A DNA stretch of 64,000 nucleotides from Escherichia phage DT571/2: sequence record NC_047749.1; one strand, given 5' to 3'. Position 1 is the first letter of the stretch, and every line of letters starts with the position of its first letter. The notes below the pieces were generated by a model. It did no database searches. It saw only the letters and a list, made by a program, of their open reading frames with translations, and was not told the DNA's origin. A program made the position numbers and the translations under genes. This document shows, piece by piece, positions 59,336-64,000 of the stretch.

Positions 59336-59752
59336 TTATTCACCTGCGGATTGTTTTACTTCATCTGCTACGCCTAGTAATTGCGCTACGGCGTCCAGCG
59401 TTTCTAATTTTGCGCTTTCCAGACTTGCCAGATCGTCGGCGTCTTTGATAATGCCGGAATCAATGGCATGTTTAGCAATAACGCGCACATAATGCGCCTT
59501 GCGGATTGAACTACCGCCGCCAACTTTGCGCGGTTTATCGCTTTTCTGATACGCTTTTGCGCTGGTCAATTTTGAGCGAACAGACACAGGGGAAGTAGCG
59601 CCCACTGTTTTGGCGATCTCTTTCAGGCCGTCGCTGTTTGCGAACTCTAAACCGTTTTCATTGATTAATTGCTGATACATAGAAACGGCTTTTTGGGTAT
59701 TTTCTTCATTCCATGCAAATTTTGCGGATTTTTCGGTTTTAACGTTAGTCAT
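59336..59752 (-). CDS. Pre-early protein, A2-like by size and position (138 aa)
   Basis: Directly upstream (in transcription order) of the A1-like gene. Confidence 0.45.
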   Translation of the reverse strand: MTNVKTEKSAKFAWNEENTQKAVSMYQQLINENGLEFANSDGLKEIAKTVGATSPVSVRSKLTSAKAYQKSDKPRKVGGGSSIRKAHYVRVIAKHAIDSGIIKDADDLASLESAKLETLDAVAQLLGVADEVKQSAGE

Positions 59753-59852
59753 GGTATAAACTCCAATTAATTTAATTTAAGGGATAAGATTAACATAATG
59801 TTAATCGTTATATTTCCCCAATAGTTCGGGGAAATATAAAGTTAACACTAAA

Positions 59853-60104
59853 CTATGCTACAGCTTCCAATTTTTCGTTACGTTGAACAACTTTTACAAC
59901 GTCGCCAGATTTAACGCGAACACTAAAAACGGTTTTTCCGTTGTTGCTACGTTCCGTTTCTGCATATACTGCATCAATTACATCGAACGGCATGAGCGCC
60001 GCGCCTTTGATGCGTTCGGCCTTTCCGGTTGCCTCGTCTGTTTTAGTAACGAAAGGGATGAAAACGGATTGACCAATTTTTGGCGCGGTGATAGCGTTTT
60101 TCAT
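59853..60104 (-). CDS. Hypothetical pre-early protein (83 aa)
   Basis: Shares the ggagtttatacc-ATG initiation region with the A2-like gene. Confidence 0.45.
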   Translation of the reverse strand: MKNAITAPKIGQSVFIPFVTKTDEATGKAERIKGAALMPFDVIDAVYAETERSNNGKTVFSVRVKSGDVVKVVQRNEKLEAVA

Positions 60105-60338
60105 GGTATAAACTCCAGTTATTTGATGGATTGTTCCGCATTACCTGCTAAAAAATAATAACAGGTAATAAGAAAAAATCCGCTCACCGTTAAAATCAAT
60201 TTAAGGAACTCCACACAGGCCGCTATATCCCGTTAGGGGGCGGGGCACATTATGGCAAGTACCGGCCGTCAAATTTTACCAAGTTATCGCTCTTGTTGAA
60301 TCGGGTACATTTTAAAGCCTATCGGCTAGGGCGTCAAA

Positions 60339-60509
60339 TTATTTTTCGTTTTCTTTTAAATTAGAATTCTCCCAACTGAATTGCATCTCGCAAAATATTT
60401 TCCCATCTTTATGATGGTAAGCGATCTCGCTCCCGTGGTTAGCACAGAAAGCGATCACTGCCTCAGCTTGTTCTACCGTGATATTGTTGGCCGTTTCTTT
60501 GATTTTCAT
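60339..60509 (-). CDS. Small hypothetical protein (56 aa, not in the ORF track)
   Basis: Strong SD aaggaga 7 nt upstream of ATG at 60509; translates to MKIKETANNITVEQAEAVIAF... Confidence 0.4.
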   Translation of the reverse strand: MKIKETANNITVEQAEAVIAFCANHGSEIAYHHKDGKIFCEMQFSWENSNLKENEK

Positions 60510-61132
60510 ATCGTCGTCTCCTTATAAGGTTAATAAGTTTGCCGCCGATGGGCTTTAAAATGCACCTGATTTTTAAAGAGCGCGGCGGTAAACTTTCCGC
60601 CGTGTAGTTCGTCATTGCCGCCCTACGAGATAAATAATAGGGAATACCCAAAAAAGGTGCAACCTTAATTTTGTAAAGAAATGTAAAGAAAGCAAATACC
60701 CGCACCGCGTCCGGCGATCGCCCAAGTTTAAAGGAAACAGGCGCGCGGATACCATAAAACCGAGCTGATTGGCAAGTAATTTTTTCATTTTTATTTGCCT
60801 TGCCCTACTTGACAAAACTTAAAAAGCTCGTGGTGACGATAAACGGGCTATCCCTTTATGATGGGATACCTGAAAAATTTACCGCGTTGTAGGACGTTTT
60901 AGGCCGCTTATCTTCGATTTAACAAATATTTAACAAAAGCAAAATTGAAAAATAGTTTGAGAAGGTATTGACTTTTTAAAATCAAGACTAAACGAGTTAT
61001 TTTAAAAAATTAATTAATTGACTTTTATTTGTTGTTGTGTAGTAGAAAGATAGCAGACTAATAATTGCTAGAATGATAATCATGCTGGTGATTGTAACAG
61101 ACTGAACTATTAGCAGACTACTGATCCCGGAA

Positions 61133-61176
61133 AATCTCATTAGCCAACTAACTATCTCATTAGCCAACTAACTATT
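61133..61176. repeat. Direct repeat 2 x ~21 bp (ctcattagccaactaactat)
   Basis: Two adjacent copies. Confidence 0.8.
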
Positions 61177-61185
61177 TCATAAGTT

Positions 61186-61365
61186 ATAATAACTATAAAA
61201 ATAATCACCGTTAAAATAATCACTATAAAAATAATCACCATTAAAATAATAACTATAGAAATAATCACCATTATAATAATCACCATTAAAATAATCACTA
61301 TAAAAATAATCACCATTAAAATAATCACTATAAAAATAATCACCATTATTATAATCACTATAAGA
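61186..61365. repeat. Tandem array, ~12 copies of a 15-bp AT-rich unit (ATAATCAC[C/T][A/G]TTAAA / ATAATCACTATAAAA)
   Basis: Contiguous 15-bp periodicity read directly from the sequence. Confidence 0.9.
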
Positions 61366-61401
61366 AACTATCGGCTTAAGTGAGAACCACTATCATTTAA
61401 G

Positions 61402-61510
61402 TTATCCACAACGTTATCCACAGCACAAAATGATTTGACACGATAGGCGGCGATATAAAGATTTATCCACAGACTTATCCACAGGTTATCCTACTGTATA
61501 TTTATCCAGG
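61402..61510. promoter_or_regulatory. DnaA-box cluster (4 perfect TTATCCACA plus 2 variants)
   Basis: TTATCCACA at 61402, 61414, 61463, 61475; variants ttatcctac 61486 and ttatccagg 61502. Confidence 0.8.
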
Positions 61511-61880
61511 GTAAAAAGATAGTGTTTACAACTGCAATCAATTTTGAGCGGCCTAAAACGCTTTCTAACGAGCTGATCGCTGTAGGGTAATATTAAAGTA
61601 AAGCCTTTACCCGTCGGCCTAGAGGCTTCGCCGTGTTTTGCTCTTTACTGCACCGCTGCGCGGTTAGCATAAAACTAGGTGTTAGGCAAGAAAAATAAAA
61701 AGTAAAGTAAACGTTGCCCCTAGAAAGAAAATAATTTTACCGGTAACATCGAAAGCGGGTAATAATTAACCTAATGTAAAGTTTTGTAAGGCCCGCCATA
61801 ATCAGCGGCCTTTTTTGTTATACTGCCCTTACACCGTTTAAGGACGGTTAAAAATTTCCCGAAAAATTTGGAGGCTTAAA

Positions 61881-62060
61881 ATGGTTATTTTTCGATCTAT
61901 TCTGGCGGGTATCTTGGGCGCTATTTTAACTCTATTTGCTACCGCTTACGGTATTCAAGATTCTTATTGCGGTTTAGTAAATACTAAACCTATGGTTATT
62001 ATTGGCGCGGGTATCGCTGTTTTTTCTTATTTGCTGGGCTGCATGAATAAAGGAGAATAA
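61881..62060 (+). CDS. Small membrane protein (59 aa)
   Basis: SD ggagg 6 nt upstream of ATG; two hydrophobic helices. Confidence 0.45.
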   Translation: MVIFRSILAGILGAILTLFATAYGIQDSYCGLVNTKPMVIIGAGIAVFSYLLGCMNKGE

Positions 62061-62062
62061 AA

Positions 62063-62275
62063 ATGATCCGCAACGTTTCTCTTGCTCGTTCCAAAGGTTT
62101 TAAGCTGGTGGATGTAAACACGTTCGAGCGTCCTGGTTGTAAAATCGAATATATAGCGCGGAATAAAAACGCTTTCCGCGTTACAGAAAAGAGATTCGAT
62201 AAACGCGGCAACGTGATAGCTGAAACGGTTAAATATTTTGCCACCTTTTACGCGGCCTTTCGTGGGGTATTATGA
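62063..62275 (+). CDS. Hypothetical protein (70 aa)
   Basis: SD aaggaga; part of a tightly packed small-gene operon. Confidence 0.45.
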   Translation: MIRNVSLARSKGFKLVDVNTFERPGCKIEYIARNKNAFRVTEKRFDKRGNVIAETVKYFATFYAAFRGVL

Positions 62276-62397
62276 AGAGCGTTGTTATTGTTATCCTTGC
62301 AATGGTTGGCGGTTTTACCACCACCTTGTTTAGAAATGATCCTCTTTTGCTAGGGATCTTTATGCTTTTATCTGGTTATCTGATCGGGAGGTTATAA
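62272..62397 (+). CDS. Small membrane protein (41 aa)
   Basis: ATGA overlap with the previous ORF; hydrophobic. Confidence 0.35.
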   Translation: MKSVVIVILAMVGGFTTTLFRNDPLLLGIFMLLSGYLIGRL

Positions 62398-62398
62398 A

Positions 62399-62743
62399 AT
62401 GGTGATTTATGAAGGTGATCGCCTTGTTGCTGATTGCCGTCCGGCATTGTTAGCAAACTACTTAAACCAGCTTTCGCCAGTATATAAAGGCGTTATAAAT
62501 ATTTATGAAGGCGGGGCGCATTATAAGATTAATGCGGTCGTTGCCCGTGAACTAGCGTTTCAATTTTTAACCTTTTCATCTTGCAATATTCAGGTCATGG
62601 GTGAGGCGTTAATTGCAGAAAATGAAGATGATTTTATTAATATCTTTCGCAAGATATGCACCGAGCGCCTGATAATGAAAGGGGCATATATTCAATCCAC
62701 TGCGGATAGTATTGAAACGGCTTTTCGAAAGGTGGCACAATGA
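62399..62743 (+). CDS. Hypothetical protein (114 aa)
   Basis: SD gggagg 7 nt upstream. Confidence 0.45.
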   Translation: MVIYEGDRLVADCRPALLANYLNQLSPVYKGVINIYEGGAHYKINAVVARELAFQFLTFSSCNIQVMGEALIAENEDDFINIFRKICTERLIMKGAYIQSTADSIETAFRKVAQ

Positions 62744-62848
62744 AGCTATATATTTTCGCGGGTAATGTTGAGGCTGCAAATGATTCCGCTGGTGGCGATA
62801 GCGTTCGCCATTATTGGCAAAATTATATTTACTAGGCGTAATGATCAC

Positions 62849-62903
62849 GGGGCACAACTATCAGGGAGTGCCCCTGATTCTCAAATGAGAATCATTCTCA
62901 TTT
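62849..62903. repeat. Hairpin (ggggcac/gtgcccc) followed by a perfect 21-bp palindrome aaatgagaatcattctcattt
   Basis: Palindrome at 62883-62903 is related to the 23-bp array units downstream. Confidence 0.8.
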
Positions 62904-63136
62904 GACCGCGCCCGCGATGGTTAGCACACTAATGATTAGGGTGTTACGTGTCGCCTTGTGTGATCGTTAGCGGGCTAACTAATTTTCAAGCCTCCTCCAG
63001 ATTTGCCCTTGTTTTAGTATCCCCATCAAAATAAAACGCGTTAGAAAGCGATTCAGGGCGTTTTAGGCCTATATTAGAATTATTCACTGCGTAGGAATAC
63101 TGTATATTTATACAGTAGAATAACCTGGGGATAAGT

Positions 63137-63208
63137 CGGTGGATAACGCTTCAAAATGGCTAGAATTTTGTCAAGGCAAATCGTGCTGTTGATAAGTCTG
63201 TGGATAAC
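63137..63208. promoter_or_regulatory. Second DnaA-box group, opposite orientation (tgtggataa)
   Basis: gtggataac 63139-63147 (8/9) and perfect tgtggataa 63200-63208. Confidence 0.65.
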
Positions 63209-63240
63209 TTAAATAACAGTGTTTCTCACTTCCGTTTTTA

Positions 63241-63505
63241 AATGCGAATCATTATCATTTGCATTCCACTTCTTAAATGAGAATCATTTCACTTCTTGAA
63301 TAGTTCTCATTCCCTTTCTTAAATGAGAATCATTTCACTTCTTGAATAGTTCTCATTTCACTTCTTGAATAGTTCTCATTCCACTTCTTAAATGAGAATC
63401 ATTCCACTTCTTAAATGAGAATCATTCCACCTCTTAAATGAGAATGATTATCATTCGCATTCCACTTCTTAAATGCGAATGATAATCATTCTCATTCGCA
63501 TTCCG
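63241..63505. repeat. Tandem array of ~9 copies of a 23-bp unit in two variants, flanked by palindromic aatg(c/a)gaat..attcgcatt elements
   Basis: Variants CCACTTCTTAAATGAGAATCATT and TCACTTCTTGAATAGTTCTCATT. Confidence 0.9.
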
Positions 63506-63509
63506 GCGA

Positions 63510-63755
63510 GCAGGGCAATTGCCCTGCGCTTATGTGCAAATCCGACAATTGCTCCAAGGGTTACGCGAGGGCATGTATGTGCAAATCCGACCCATTTTTT
63601 GGTAGTGTGCAAATCCGACCCCAAAAATTTATAAATTCGTGAGAGTGACAAATCTGTCTCCCAAAAACTCCAGCAATCACGAACTGCGTTCGAATCCTGT
63701 GGGGTATGTGCAAATCCGACACGGTTTTTCTAGGATTAAGATGTGCGAATCCGAT
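63510..63755. repeat. 18-bp palindrome gcagggcaattgccctgc plus 5 dispersed copies of the 14-mer TGTGCAAATCCGAC
   Basis: 14-mer at 63533, 63578, 63606, 63707 and variant tgtgcgaatccgat at 63742. Confidence 0.85.
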
Positions 63756-64000
63756 GAAATTTTTGTGACTTCGATGAGAGGGTGTGTGATTGTATAGGTT
63801 TGAGGAGAAGATGAGAGAGCGAGAAAAATTTTGGGGCTAGAAGTGTATGGGCGCAGGATTGGTGCGGAGCACCTGATTTGCGGGGGTTTTGGGGGATAGT
63901 GGAGATAATTTGGGGAAATTTGAGATAGGTGCAGAAAAAGTAAAATTTTATTAGCTAAAGGGGGCAATATAGCTTGACAATTGAAAATTCTTGTGGCTCT

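Noticed and set aside
60463-60815. 80-aa and 67-aa ORFs on the - strand
   Set aside because: Mutually overlapping, no RBS, basic low-complexity translations in GC-richer non-coding DNA; the adjacent 56-aa ORF with a strong SD is preferred.
61152-61358. 68-aa ORF on the - strand (MIIIMVIIFIV...)
   Set aside because: Reading-frame artefact of the 15-bp tandem array (15 is a multiple of 3); repetitive low-complexity translation, no RBS.
61186-63505. Possible CRISPR array
   Set aside because: The repeats are contiguous tandem units (15 bp and 23 bp) with no unique spacers, and no cas genes are present.
63677-63967. 96-aa proline-rich ORF on the - strand
   Set aside because: Lies on the C-rich complement of a strand-asymmetric non-coding stretch; no RBS; a compositional artefact.

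Overview
The window reads as one contiguous segment of a T5-like (Tequintavirus-type) siphophage genome; I found no rRNA, tRNA, CRISPR array or integrase. All annotation is by eye from motifs, size and gene order, with no database search. (1) 1-25.7 kb, + strand: early replication/nucleotide-metabolism module (5'-truncated NrdD, Sir2-like protein, HAD-like hydrolase, 929-aa Walker A/B ATPase, NAD-ligase split into two ORFs, DnaB-like helicase, DnaG-like primase, 855-aa family-A DNA polymerase, SF2 helicase, SbcD/SbcC-like nuclease, Hjc-like resolvase, 291-aa flap endonuclease, dUTPase). It is punctuated by at least ten near-identical sigma70-type promoters (TTGCTT-N17-TATAAT followed by a conserved leader), one of which matches my memory of T5 PN25. 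(2) A perfect bidirectional terminator at 25673-25709 separates this from 25.9-54.7 kb, the late structural module on the - strand: two tail-fibre proteins with chaperone-like C-termini, collar, pb4/pb3/pb9-like tip proteins, 1226-aa tape measure, tail tube, neck proteins, major capsid, prohead protease, Ig-domain decoration protein, portal, an HNH endonuclease, terminase small and large subunits, and a 586-aa receptor-binding protein, followed by a + strand lipoprotein (Llp-like). (3) 55-64 kb: terminal-repeat-type pre-early region (dmp-like HAD nucleotidase, A1-like metallophosphoesterase, A2-sized protein, small ORFs) and then a largely non-coding, repeat-dense region with DnaA-box clusters, a 15-bp x ~12 tandem array, a 23-bp x ~9 array, palindromes and a dispersed 14-mer. 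Most of this matches known T5 biology; the least-explained parts are the repeat/DnaA-box region with its embedded small-gene operon, a four-gene overlapping small-membrane-protein cluster at 55.2-55.9 kb, the Zn-ribbon-less Sir2-like gene, and a 0.6-kb promoter-driven non-coding stretch at 3.8-4.4 kb.
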